In this document: positions 40,701-48,749 of the stretch, piece after piece | Layout: every line of letters begins with the position of its first letter | Position numbering within the stretch: the first letter of the stretch is position 1 | DNA from: Candidatus Latescibacterota bacterium | GTDB taxonomy: Bacteria > Latescibacterota > UBA2968 > UBA8231 | Reading direction: 5' to 3' | Assembly: GCA_965242865.1 (NCBI GenBank) | Contig: CBDETK010000013.1 | Span: forward strand, 1,536,001 to 1,600,000 | Length of the DNA: 64,000 bases | Translations under genes and position numbers: made by a program | Notes under the pieces: model-generated | Told to the model about the DNA's origin: nothing | The model's database searches: none | Seen by the model: the letters and a program-made list of their open reading frames with translations, nothing else

Positions 40701-42937
40701 CTAAGCAGCCGTTGCCGGTAGTCGGCGGTTCCGGCCGCCTTCGCCAATCGCTTGCGTGCTTCCCGCACCGAATTTACCCGGAGCGACGAGGGAAACACCT
40801 GCACTCGGTTCTCCTCCCGGGTCAGCAGTACTGCCTCCTCAAGCCAAGAGACAGCGGTCCGTACGCGGGTATCGTCCGTGGCCGAGTCCCGTTCAAAGAC
40901 CTTTTCCTCGTCCTCGCCGAGGACCTCGCCAGCCGTGGCCACGACCTCGCCACTCAGACGCTTTTTCCGGTCCAAGTTACGCAGTGCTCGCAGGACGCCG
41001 TGGATTTCCCGCCGGGTGAGCTGCGAACGCGCCGATAGGCTGAACTGCCGCTCCACGTCGTCCCTCGCATAGAGCAGTACGCAGCGCGCCAGCTGCCGGT
41101 CGCGGCCGGCGCGGCCGGCCTCCTGTATGTAGTTTTCCAGCGATCCCGGGATGTCGGCGTGGATCACCAGCCGCACGTCCGGCTTGTCAACGCCCATGCC
41201 GAAGGCATTGGTAGCCGCGATCACGCGCAGTTCACCGGCGATAAAGGACTGCTGGACGCTCTTCTTGGTCTCCGGCGACAGACCGGAGTGGAAGTAGTCC
41301 GCCGCGAGTTCCTTGTTCTGCAGGAACTCGGCCGCCTCTTCGGTCCGCCGTTTCGTCGCACAATAGACAATGGCACCTCCGGGCGCGTCCGGCGGCAGGT
41401 CATTCATTAGGATCTGATGGATATGCGCGAATTTCTCGCTTCCGGTCGTCGGCACCACGGTGAACTCCAGATTGGTGCGCTGGGCACCGCCATCAAAGAC
41501 CTTTAGACCTATATCAAGTTCGTCCCGAAAATGCTGTTTGATGTCCTCTACTACGTCGGGTTTGGCGGTCGCAGTCAGGCACAGCACCGGCGGGATCGGC
41601 GCCGGTGTCGCCTTTTCGCGGATGAAGCGTCCGACGTAGCGATAATCCGGCCGAAAGTCGTGTCCCCACTTCGAGAGGCAATGGGCCTCGTCCAGCACCC
41701 AAGCCCCGATCTCGCGTTGATCGAGCACGCGGCGCAGGGAATGGTTGCGGAGCTGCTCGGGCGAGATGATGAGCATACCGGCGTCGCCCAAACGCACCCG
41801 GTCCAGCGCATCGGCCCGCTCAGGCATGGACAGCAACCCGTTGATGGCTACGCACGAGCCGATTCCATGGGCCTCCAGCCCCGCCACCTGATCCGCCATG
41901 AGCGCGACCAAGGGCGAAATCACTACCGAGAGCGCACCGGTTTTGTCGTAGCGGGACAGGGCCGGAATCTGGTAGCAGAGCGACTTACCAGTTCCGGTGG
42001 GCAGAATTGCGAGAACGTGTTCGCCAGCCATTGCCGCCTCAACGATGGACTGCTGCATAGGCTGTTGTTTGTCCTCGTCCTTCGGGTCTGGGCGAAAGTC
42101 GGTAAAGCCGAACCACCGCTTAAGCTCCTTGCCAGCGTCGTGTCTCTCTCGGCACCAAGCGCAGTCCGCCGCGCCGCAGGGCCTATCCCGCAGTCGGCGA
42201 ATCAACTCACCGGCTTCTGGAAATTGATGTCGAACCCACGGCGGCATCACGGAGTTGCCGCCGGAAACCGACAGCCAAGCCAGCGCGAAAGCGAGCGGCC
42301 AGCCGCTTTGGGCGGCATTTTCGAGCACCTCCCGACCGCAATTCTGACAGGCGATGTCCCCAAGTTGCTCGCGGATCGCCGCCTTTGCTTCCGCGTCGCT
42401 TGGCCGGGGCGCATCCCGGATGGCGGCGAAAACAGCGGCAAACCCCGCGCTGTTGGGTCCCGTCCCGGTCAGCCAATGCCACGCGGCGAGCAAGCCACCC
42501 GGCGCAGCGCGCAACGCGGTTTGCTGATTGTCGAAGACTTCTAGCGCGAGCCGAGCATCGAGTTCCGGGTCGTTCAGACGCCCGCGTTTGAGCGGTCCAT
42601 CCTGATAGTGCTTGACGAGGTGGTGATAGGGATTGCGGGGAAAGGCCAGCGGATTGAGCCGCAGCGTATCCACCATCGGCAGGTTCAACAGTTGGAGACC
42701 GGGCCCGACCGCCTTCAGATGGGGTAGATCGAACGCGAGCAGGTTGTGGCCGAGCAGAAAGTCCGCGCCCGCAGCAAATTTGTCGAGCACCGCCAACGCG
42801 GCCGCTAAGTCGCCGCCTTGGAAGACCAGCGGTTGCTCCACGTCTCGGCGCACCGCGGCGAACGCCCGGATGCGGTGATCCTGCTTGCCAACTTCGAGGT
42901 CGAGCGAGAGGCCACGCGACGAAAGGCTTGGATTCAT
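37763..42937 (-). CDS. DnaQ-like exonuclease + RecQ (SF2) + UvrD (SF1) helicase fusion
   Basis: SLDLEV/GHNLLAFD/VDTL; LPTGTGKS, DEAH, TATA, QEAGRAGRD; AGPGSGKT, DEYQD, GDDDQNIY, NYRS, HRAKGLEFD, YVAMTRA. Confidence 0.93.
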   Translation of the reverse strand: MNPSLSSRGLSLDLEVGKQDHRIRAFAAVRRDVEQPLVFQGGDLAAALAVLDKFAAGADFLLGHNLLAFDLPHLKAVGPGLQLLNLPMVDTLRLNPLAFPRNPYHHLVKHYQDGPLKRGRLNDPELDARLALEVFDNQQTALRAAPGGLLAAWHWLTGTGPNSAGFAAVFAAIRDAPRPSDAEAKAAIREQLGDIACQNCGREVLENAAQSGWPLAFALAWLSVSGGNSVMPPWVRHQFPEAGELIRRLRDRPCGAADCAWCRERHDAGKELKRWFGFTDFRPDPKDEDKQQPMQQSIVEAAMAGEHVLAILPTGTGKSLCYQIPALSRYDKTGALSVVISPLVALMADQVAGLEAHGIGSCVAINGLLSMPERADALDRVRLGDAGMLIISPEQLRNHSLRRVLDQREIGAWVLDEAHCLSKWGHDFRPDYRYVGRFIREKATPAPIPPVLCLTATAKPDVVEDIKQHFRDELDIGLKVFDGGAQRTNLEFTVVPTTGSEKFAHIHQILMNDLPPDAPGGAIVYCATKRRTEEAAEFLQNKELAADYFHSGLSPETKKSVQQSFIAGELRVIAATNAFGMGVDKPDVRLVIHADIPGSLENYIQEAGRAGRDRQLARCVLLYARDDVERQFSLSARSQLTRREIHGVLRALRNLDRKKRLSGEVVATAGEVLGEDEEKVFERDSATDDTRVRTAVSWLEEAVLLTREENRVQVFPSSLRVNSVREARKRLAKAAGTADYRQRLLRIAETLIDADPDEGISTDALMGVSGLSAEGVRGALFDLERLGIASNDTALTAFVHAGVKHSSQKRFAAAAELETALIAQLRELAPDMGKGDAAPLHLRVAAQTLRDAGVADPLPERLRRIIRSIAYDGRGEGGDAGSLGVRQRDAETVQVTLRREWADLEELASRRREGAKLLLNHLLACLPPGSRGVDLLAETTLGKLLEAISSDLFLKSKSRNIEKLLDRALLWLHEQEVIRLNKGLAVFRPAMTIRLAEAEGRRGFAKADFAPLELHYKGQVRQIHVMAEFAERALDDIAEALHLAIDYFSLKEEDFLRRWLPQRGEEIARETTPESWRTIVESLKNPIQQRIVADDRDQLVLAGPGSGKTRVLVHRIAYLVRARREDPRGILALAYNRHTAVDIRRRLVDLIGDDARRVTVLTCHALAMRLVGVSFQERERHLLDDDEFQQVLRQAVALLRGEGLEPEDADDQRERLLAGFRWILVDEYQDIGAEQYELISALAGRTLDEDRKLTLFAVGDDDQNIYAFNGASVAFIRRFEADYGPKPTYLTDNYRSTGHIIASANAWIEPARQRMKTGHPIRIDRARAKEPPGGDWGALDSVAQGRVQILPAQRGPIAQAWIALTELLRLAALSPDWDWSKGAVIAREWKYLEPVRAFCEVHRIPVQMGNEAIPSFWHLRETRVLVEWLRGRETRIVGSADLRGWLAAQRPGPWNDLLGQALDEFALETSDAEMPVDHFIEWLAEWGRDVRRRQRGLLLLTAHRAKGLEFDHVAVLDGGWNKINKGEDPDAPRRLYYVAMTRARQTLALVRFQGSRPAVGTTRPDFVKEPESPAYLGRLHSLPHAFPNNGSVLHRTPGGSPPETSELSRQYRRPSLREVDLGFAGRRRANHQVHRAIAALAPGDRLAMRLAKTGAWELLDRSGTVVGQLARAFEPPPRTRCRSAAVFAVVAWSRAASDPQYHDRVQCDAWEVVVPELVFEPAYE

Positions 42938-42963
42938 AGTGATATTCCGCTTCTTTATCCCTT

Positions 42964-43893
42964 ATGCCGCCCACTCCTTGTCCATCCCCGCCCCTCTTTC
43001 CCGGGTTTGCCGCATCCCGCCTCGCCCTCGCCGACCAAGTCGAAATGGCGTACCTCGACAATGGCTGCGCTGGGGGCCATCCTCCGTTGGTGCTGTTGCA
43101 CGGCGTCTTTGACAACAAGGCCACGTGGTTCCGATTGGCCAGCCGCCTGCCCGGCCGCCGCCTTATCGCCCCCGACTTGATCGGCCACGGGCACAGCAGT
43201 AAGCCGCGTTTTGCCGCCCACCCGGCGCACGAACGCTACTCGCCGGACATGCAGGCCGGCTACCTCGCGGCCTTTATCGCCGCCCTCGGCTTGGACGACG
43301 CAATCCTCTTGGGCAACTCGCTCGGCGGCGGCTTGGCCCTGCGCCTGTACCTCAACGTTCCCGAGCTCGCGGCCAAAGTGCGCGGCCTGGTGCTCATTGA
43401 CGCGGCCGGCTACCCGCACACACTCCCCCTGCACGTCCGCTCCCTCGGCCGCTATCCGGGCACGCTGTTGAGCTACGCGCCAATCCACGCCTTGGCCCGC
43501 GCCTCCGGCCTGTTGCGCTTGGCCACTTGGCGCACCTTCCGACGCTGCTTCCACGACCGCGGCAAAATCCCCCCCGAACTCGCCGCGGTCGCCCGCGCCG
43601 CCCTAGCGACGCCCAACGCCGCGTATGCCTACCACTACGCAGCGCGCAACCTCATCCCCCCGGACGTAGCGACGTTCCACCAGCGCTTTGGCGACATCGC
43701 CTGCCCGACCTTGGTCTTGTGGGGCCGGCAGGACCGCATCCTACCCGTGCATTCGGCCCAGCGCTTCGCCGCGGCCCTGCCCTGCACCGACCTCCACATC
43801 TTCTCCAACTGCGGCCACGCCCCCCACCTCGAATGCCCCGACGAGACAGCCGCCTGCATAGAGCAGTGGTTGCAAAAGCACGCGATTCGCTAG
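42964..43893 (+). CDS. Alpha/beta fold hydrolase
   Basis: LLHG, PDLIGHG, GNSLGG nucleophile elbow, WGRQD, CGHAPHLE. Confidence 0.92.
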   Translation: MPPTPCPSPPLFPGFAASRLALADQVEMAYLDNGCAGGHPPLVLLHGVFDNKATWFRLASRLPGRRLIAPDLIGHGHSSKPRFAAHPAHERYSPDMQAGYLAAFIAALGLDDAILLGNSLGGGLALRLYLNVPELAAKVRGLVLIDAAGYPHTLPLHVRSLGRYPGTLLSYAPIHALARASGLLRLATWRTFRRCFHDRGKIPPELAAVARAALATPNAAYAYHYAARNLIPPDVATFHQRFGDIACPTLVLWGRQDRILPVHSAQRFAAALPCTDLHIFSNCGHAPHLECPDETAACIEQWLQKHAIR

Positions 43894-44017
43894 CGATTTG
43901 TCTTTGAGTACGCCTTTGCTGGTGTTGCCGATGCGTCCGGGATCATATCTGCAACTATTATCCTGCACCGGCGTCTAAGTCTAAGCGACAGAAACCCTTT
44001 TGATTAGGAGAGACCCC

Positions 44018-44233
44018 ATGCCACTGTATCGCCACCCAGACGCCTCCGGTGCCCCAGACGAGATCACCGTGATCGAGGATCGGGGCATGCTCGGGCGCGA
44101 CCGACCCAGTTTTGAGTTTATTGACTCGCATACCGTCAAGGCCCATCCCTTCATTATCGAAGCCCTAATCGCAGACTCCGAACGTTTGTGGACTCTCGGA
44201 GAAATACTCGCCGATGTGGAGGAGCACCCCTGA
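44018..44233 (+). CDS. Small acidic hypothetical protein
   Basis: AGGAGA RBS before ATG; fills an intergenic gap; no family recognised. Confidence 0.55.
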   Translation: MPLYRHPDASGAPDEITVIEDRGMLGRDRPSFEFIDSHTVKAHPFIIEALIADSERLWTLGEILADVEEHP

Positions 44234-44345
44234 GCCACGACGTAAAACACCTGCCATACATCCCCCGTCCTCTTCCGCTTCGGCAAAACCCAGTCCTCCC
44301 CTAGCTCGGCCACACCCCAACCATTCGATTTCTACGGAATCGCGG

Positions 44346-45731
44346 TCAGTCGTAATCCGGCCCGCCGACCGGCCCCAGCAGCGTGCGATTCTCGGCCGGC
44401 GTCTGCACCTCGTCGAGAAAGTCCGCCAAGGCTTGTTGCATCCGCCGGGCGACCGCTCCATGCACCCCGATCACGTTCTGCTGCTGCTGGGGGTCGGTCT
44501 GCATGTCGTACAGCTCGGGAGCACCGCCGTGCTCGCCATGCGCCAAGTAGGTCCAGCGCTCGTCGGTCACCGTCGGCCCGCCATTGCGGATAAAAGGCGA
44601 GCTGAAGGCGTATTGCCGCGGCCACGCAGCCGAGCCGGTCAGCAGCGGCACCAGCGAGTGCCCGTGCATGTCGCTCTTTTCCACGCCCGTTAAAGCCATC
44701 AGCGTCGGCAGCAAATCCACCGATTGCGTCAACGCACTCACTCGCTGTCCGCCCGCGACCTCGGGGGCGGCAATCATCAGCGGGATGTGGCTAAGCTCTT
44801 CGTACAGGGGCCAGACGCGGTCGTCCTCTGGGTGGATGTTGGACTTGCCCGTGCGGTTGTGTTCGCCGACGAACATGCCGTGATCCGAGGTAAAGACCAC
44901 CGCGCTGTTGTCGAATAGCCCGAGCTCCTCAATTTTGTCCAACACGTAGCCGATCCACTTGTTGACCAAGTAAATCTCAGCCGCGTAGTGGGCTTGGAGG
45001 TTGGCCAGTTCTCCTTGGGTATAGGCCGTTGCCGGGCCGTAGTTCGGGTGGGTCATCGGCGGGCCATCGTACCCGGATGGGTCGTAGCGGCCCACGAGGT
45101 GTTCCGGCGGGTCCCACGGCTCATGCGCGTCGAAGAAATCCACCCACAGCAGGAAGGGCTCGCAGCCGCGATTTTCTTCCAGCCAGCGGCTCGCCATCCG
45201 TGCCGTGCGGACGCAGAAGCGATCTTCTTCCCAAGCCCAGTCGCGGTTGGTCCACGCATGCAGGGTCGCCAAATTGCCAAAGCGCGTCTTTGCCAGATGG
45301 GGATCAACCCGCGTCTTGGCCCCGGCCACCTCCATGCGCGGTGGCAGATCGCCCTTCAACAGCGGCTTGTCTCCCTCCTGCCCGCGAATCCAATACGCCC
45401 CATCAAATCCCCGATCAAAATGGTGGACGCCCTTCATCAGATGCGGCGTATCGCAGATGAGCTGGCTCTGGTAGCCGGCCGCGCCGAAAATCGTGCTCAG
45501 CACCGGAATGCCGGCGTCGAGGGGTTGCCAGCCGTGGAAGGGAAAGCTGTAGCGGCCGGTGAAGAGATCGGTGCGGTTGGGGATGGTCGGAAAGCTCGAC
45601 AAATAGTGCCGGTCGAAACACACCGCCCGCTCGGCAAAGCGATCGAGCGCGGTGGTGCCGATCCACCCATTGCCGTTGCACCCCAAATAGTCGTAGCGAA
45701 AGGTGTCGCTAACCAAGACGATGATGTTCAT
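44346..45731 (-). CDS. Sulfatase-fold (alkaline phosphatase superfamily) hydrolase
   Basis: MNIIVLVSDTFRYD, TIPNRTDLFTG, DAHEPWDPP, FTSDHG, ELYD...DP. Confidence 0.92.
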   Translation of the reverse strand: MNIIVLVSDTFRYDYLGCNGNGWIGTTALDRFAERAVCFDRHYLSSFPTIPNRTDLFTGRYSFPFHGWQPLDAGIPVLSTIFGAAGYQSQLICDTPHLMKGVHHFDRGFDGAYWIRGQEGDKPLLKGDLPPRMEVAGAKTRVDPHLAKTRFGNLATLHAWTNRDWAWEEDRFCVRTARMASRWLEENRGCEPFLLWVDFFDAHEPWDPPEHLVGRYDPSGYDGPPMTHPNYGPATAYTQGELANLQAHYAAEIYLVNKWIGYVLDKIEELGLFDNSAVVFTSDHGMFVGEHNRTGKSNIHPEDDRVWPLYEELSHIPLMIAAPEVAGGQRVSALTQSVDLLPTLMALTGVEKSDMHGHSLVPLLTGSAAWPRQYAFSSPFIRNGGPTVTDERWTYLAHGEHGGAPELYDMQTDPQQQQNVIGVHGAVARRMQQALADFLDEVQTPAENRTLLGPVGGPDYD

Positions 45732-45767
45732 AGAAGCAGTCCTCCTTTTTTAAGCCTCGCGAGGGAG

Positions 45768-45797
45768 CAAAGGGGCGAATGATTATTCGCCCGTATT
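45768..45797. repeat. REP-like palindrome, copy 1
   Basis: CAAAGGGGCGAATGATTATTCGCCCGTATT; same flanks and stem recur at 52711. Confidence 0.65.
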
Positions 45798-45833
45798 CAC
45801 TCCAAAAGATGTCAATTTCGCATTTGTGCATGA

Positions 45834-46739
45834 TCATTCCGGCTCTCCTGCGGCCAACGCCCGGCGTAACGCCCCCTCCAATTCGGGGTACGCAAATTCA
45901 AAACCAGCTTCCAACAGCCGCGTCGGCCGCACCCGCTGGCTGGCCAGCAACCCCTCCTCGGCCAACTCGCCCAAAAGCAGCTTGGCGACCCACGCCGGCA
46001 GCGGCAACCGCGTCGGCCGGCGCAGCACGCGCCCCAATGTCCGCGTCAGCTCGGCGTTGGTCACCGACTGTGGCGCAGTTAGGTTCACCGGCCCGCGCAA
46101 GGCGTCGTGTTTTACGGCGTACATCAGTGCCGCCACCGCGTCCTCCAAGCCAATCCAGCTCACGTACTGCCGGCCATCGCCGACCTTGCCGCCCAGCCCC
46201 AAGCGGAAGGGCAACAGCATCTTGGCCAAGGCCCCGCCCTCGCGGCTGATTACGACGCCTAAGCGAGCGTGGACGACGCGGATGCCAGCCTCGGCTGCCG
46301 CCGCACTCGCCCCTTCCCATGCCATGCCCAACTCGGCCAAAAACCCCGCGCCCGGGCCGCTCTCTTCGTCGAGCACCTCGTCGCCCCGATTGCCGTAAAT
46401 GCCAATGGCCGACGCGCTGATCAGCGCCGCTGGGGGCGCGTCCAGCCCGGCCAAGCGCATGGCGAGCAACTCAGTGGTCTGCACCCGACTCTGGCGCAGC
46501 TCATCCTTGACGCGGGCCGTCCACCGCCGCGCCGCAATGTTCGCCCCCCCCAAATGCACGACCGCTTCCATCCCCTTTAGAGCCGCTTGCTCCAGCTCGC
46601 CAGCTTCTGGGTCCCAGCGCACCTCTCCGCGTGCGGACGGACGCCGCACCAAGCGCACCACCGCGTGCCGGTCGCGCTCCAATCGGCGACAAAGGGCCGT
46701 ACCGATCAAGCCGCTGCTGCCGGCTACCAATATCTTCAC
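45834..46739 (-). CDS. TIGR01777 (YfcH-like) NAD-dependent epimerase
   Basis: AGSSGLIG, SASAIGIYG, GDGRQYVSWI, GPVNLTAP, SQRVRP. Confidence 0.93.
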   Translation of the reverse strand: MKILVAGSSGLIGTALCRRLERDRHAVVRLVRRPSARGEVRWDPEAGELEQAALKGMEAVVHLGGANIAARRWTARVKDELRQSRVQTTELLAMRLAGLDAPPAALISASAIGIYGNRGDEVLDEESGPGAGFLAELGMAWEGASAAAAEAGIRVVHARLGVVISREGGALAKMLLPFRLGLGGKVGDGRQYVSWIGLEDAVAALMYAVKHDALRGPVNLTAPQSVTNAELTRTLGRVLRRPTRLPLPAWVAKLLLGELAEEGLLASQRVRPTRLLEAGFEFAYPELEGALRRALAAGEPE

Positions 46740-47866
46740 TTGCAGTCTCCTTCCCCCAACTCAGGCGGTAAATCGTCTAATTGCGGCACCACCGCACGCA
46801 GCACCCTGGCCAAGGCTTGCCGCTCGGCGGCGGGTCCCACGGTCAGGCGAATGCAGCGGTTGAGCGGGGCCACGCCCGGCATCCGCACGAAGACTCCGTG
46901 CTGCAAAAGCACCTGCATCAGGCTGTGCGCCCGCGGGCTGCTGCCCACGTCGAGGGCCACGAAATTGGTCGCCGAGGGCACTGTTTTTAGGCCCAAGGCC
47001 GTTGCGATCTGGGCGTACTCTCGCCGGCCTTGCTCGACTTGCCGCACCACGTGCCGCACGAACTCATCGTCGGCCAGCGAAGCCAGTGCCCCGGCTTGGG
47101 CAATGCGGTTGACGCCAAAGTGATTGCGAACCTTGTCGAGCGCGGCCACCACGCGGCGGTGCGCCAGCGCGTAGCCGATTCGGGCCCCGGCCAGACCGTG
47201 CGCCTTGGAAAACGTCCGCAACCGCACCACTTGGGCCTGCTCCACCTCCAGCGGCAGGTGGGCGGAAGCGGGCGCGAAATCGCTGTACGCCTCGTCGAGC
47301 ACCAACGCGCAGCCCGGTGGCAACTTTGCGATACAATCCCGCACCTCGTCGGCCCGCTGATAGGTGCCCATGGGGTTGTCTGGGTTGGCCACGTAAAGCA
47401 GCTTGGGGCGCACCTGCCGCGCCTTGGCCAACAGGGCCGGCAAATCCTCCCGATCGGCGCGATAGGGCACTTTGTGCAACACCGCGCCGTGTCCCTCAAC
47501 GTGGTAGTTGAACGTGGGATAGGCCCCCAGCGAGGTCACGACTGAGTCGCCCGGCTCGGCAAACAGGCGCACCAAAAGCCCCAAGAGTTCGTCAATGCCC
47601 GCACCCAAGGCGACCTCGTCTCGCGCCACCTCGTGCCGCACCGCCAGTGCCGAGCGCAGCTCGTACCCCTCCGGGTCGTTGTACCAATGCACTTGATCCA
47701 CCGCCTCCACCATGGCCTGCCGCGCCCGCGGCGAGATGCCGAAGTTGCTCTCATTGGCCCCCACCCGCAGAGCGAGCGGCTGCCCCTGCTGCCGTTCGAG
47801 GGCCTCGGGCGGCACAAAGGGGACGGTCGGCGGCAGAGCGCGGACGATGCGCGTGAACGGCAGCAC
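46736..47866 (-). CDS. PLP-dependent class I/II aminotransferase (HisC-like)
   Basis: GANE, NPDNPMG, DEAY, RTFSKAHGLAGARIGY. Confidence 0.92.
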   Translation of the reverse strand: MLPFTRIVRALPPTVPFVPPEALERQQGQPLALRVGANESNFGISPRARQAMVEAVDQVHWYNDPEGYELRSALAVRHEVARDEVALGAGIDELLGLLVRLFAEPGDSVVTSLGAYPTFNYHVEGHGAVLHKVPYRADREDLPALLAKARQVRPKLLYVANPDNPMGTYQRADEVRDCIAKLPPGCALVLDEAYSDFAPASAHLPLEVEQAQVVRLRTFSKAHGLAGARIGYALAHRRVVAALDKVRNHFGVNRIAQAGALASLADDEFVRHVVRQVEQGRREYAQIATALGLKTVPSATNFVALDVGSSPRAHSLMQVLLQHGVFVRMPGVAPLNRCIRLTVGPAAERQALARVLRAVVPQLDDLPPELGEGDCK

Positions 47867-47869
47867 GGG

Positions 47870-48694
47870 TTAAGACCACACGTAGATTTCCTCGTCGTCT
47901 TCGGCATAGCCAATGAAGACGGCGAGCACCACGCGCGGCTTGTCCCCCTGCACTGCGGGGACTTCGTGGATGCAGCGCGTATTGAAGAAGTACAAGTCGC
48001 CCGGCTCGAGCGCGATCGCGCAGTGCTCCACGCCGTGCGCGGTCGCATAGTCGTGAAAACGGCCGGCGGCGATATGCGGCTGGATCGCTTCGGTCCACAG
48101 GCAGCGATGCAACACGGCTTGCACCCCAAGCCCCGCAGAATCCGCATTTTGCACGCACAACACGCCGGCGAATTGGTGGGTAAAGCGCGCCACCGCAAAG
48201 TTGAATCGCTTTTCGCGCAGGACCACGTGGTCGATGTGCGGCTGATAGGCATGGGACTCGTAGTGGATGCGAAAGATGGCGGGGCCGTACAAACGCCCGT
48301 CGTGCTCGCACGCCGTCTTAACCACCTTGTCGGGCGCCAACGCCTGCAAGTGCCGATAGAGTAGTTGCACCGGGTCGCGCAAGCCGGCGAAAAGGGTGGC
48401 AAAAAGCGCGTGCGTCTCCTCGGCATGGGCCAAAAACGCCGCGGGGTCGCCGCCCAAGTTGCCGAGGCTGGTGCCGATGTCAATGCGCGTGCGCTCGTCG
48501 TCTGAGGCGCGCAGCAATCCGCGCTCGCCAAAGCGCGCCATCAGCCGCTGGCAATCGGCGGGTGAGTAGATCTGGGGCAGCAGAATCGCCGGTATGTCCG
48601 CCCGGGCCAAGGCGCGCAGCGGGTCGTCGCATTCGTCCGGGCCTACGGGCCGCCAAGATGGGCTTGCGGCGTTTTCTGGGTACGTCGTCGGCAT
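47870..48694 (-). CDS. 2OG-Fe(II) oxygenase family protein
   Basis: HID facial motif, PGDLYFFN...HEV...R; AGGAG RBS before MPTTY. Confidence 0.8.
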   Translation of the reverse strand: MPTTYPENAASPSWRPVGPDECDDPLRALARADIPAILLPQIYSPADCQRLMARFGERGLLRASDDERTRIDIGTSLGNLGGDPAAFLAHAEETHALFATLFAGLRDPVQLLYRHLQALAPDKVVKTACEHDGRLYGPAIFRIHYESHAYQPHIDHVVLREKRFNFAVARFTHQFAGVLCVQNADSAGLGVQAVLHRCLWTEAIQPHIAAGRFHDYATAHGVEHCAIALEPGDLYFFNTRCIHEVPAVQGDKPRVVLAVFIGYAEDDEEIYVWS

Positions 48695-48749
48695 TGAAAA
48701 CTCCTGTGGATAGTGTTGCGCGGCAAAATTCAATGAAGGCTTCCTTTTA

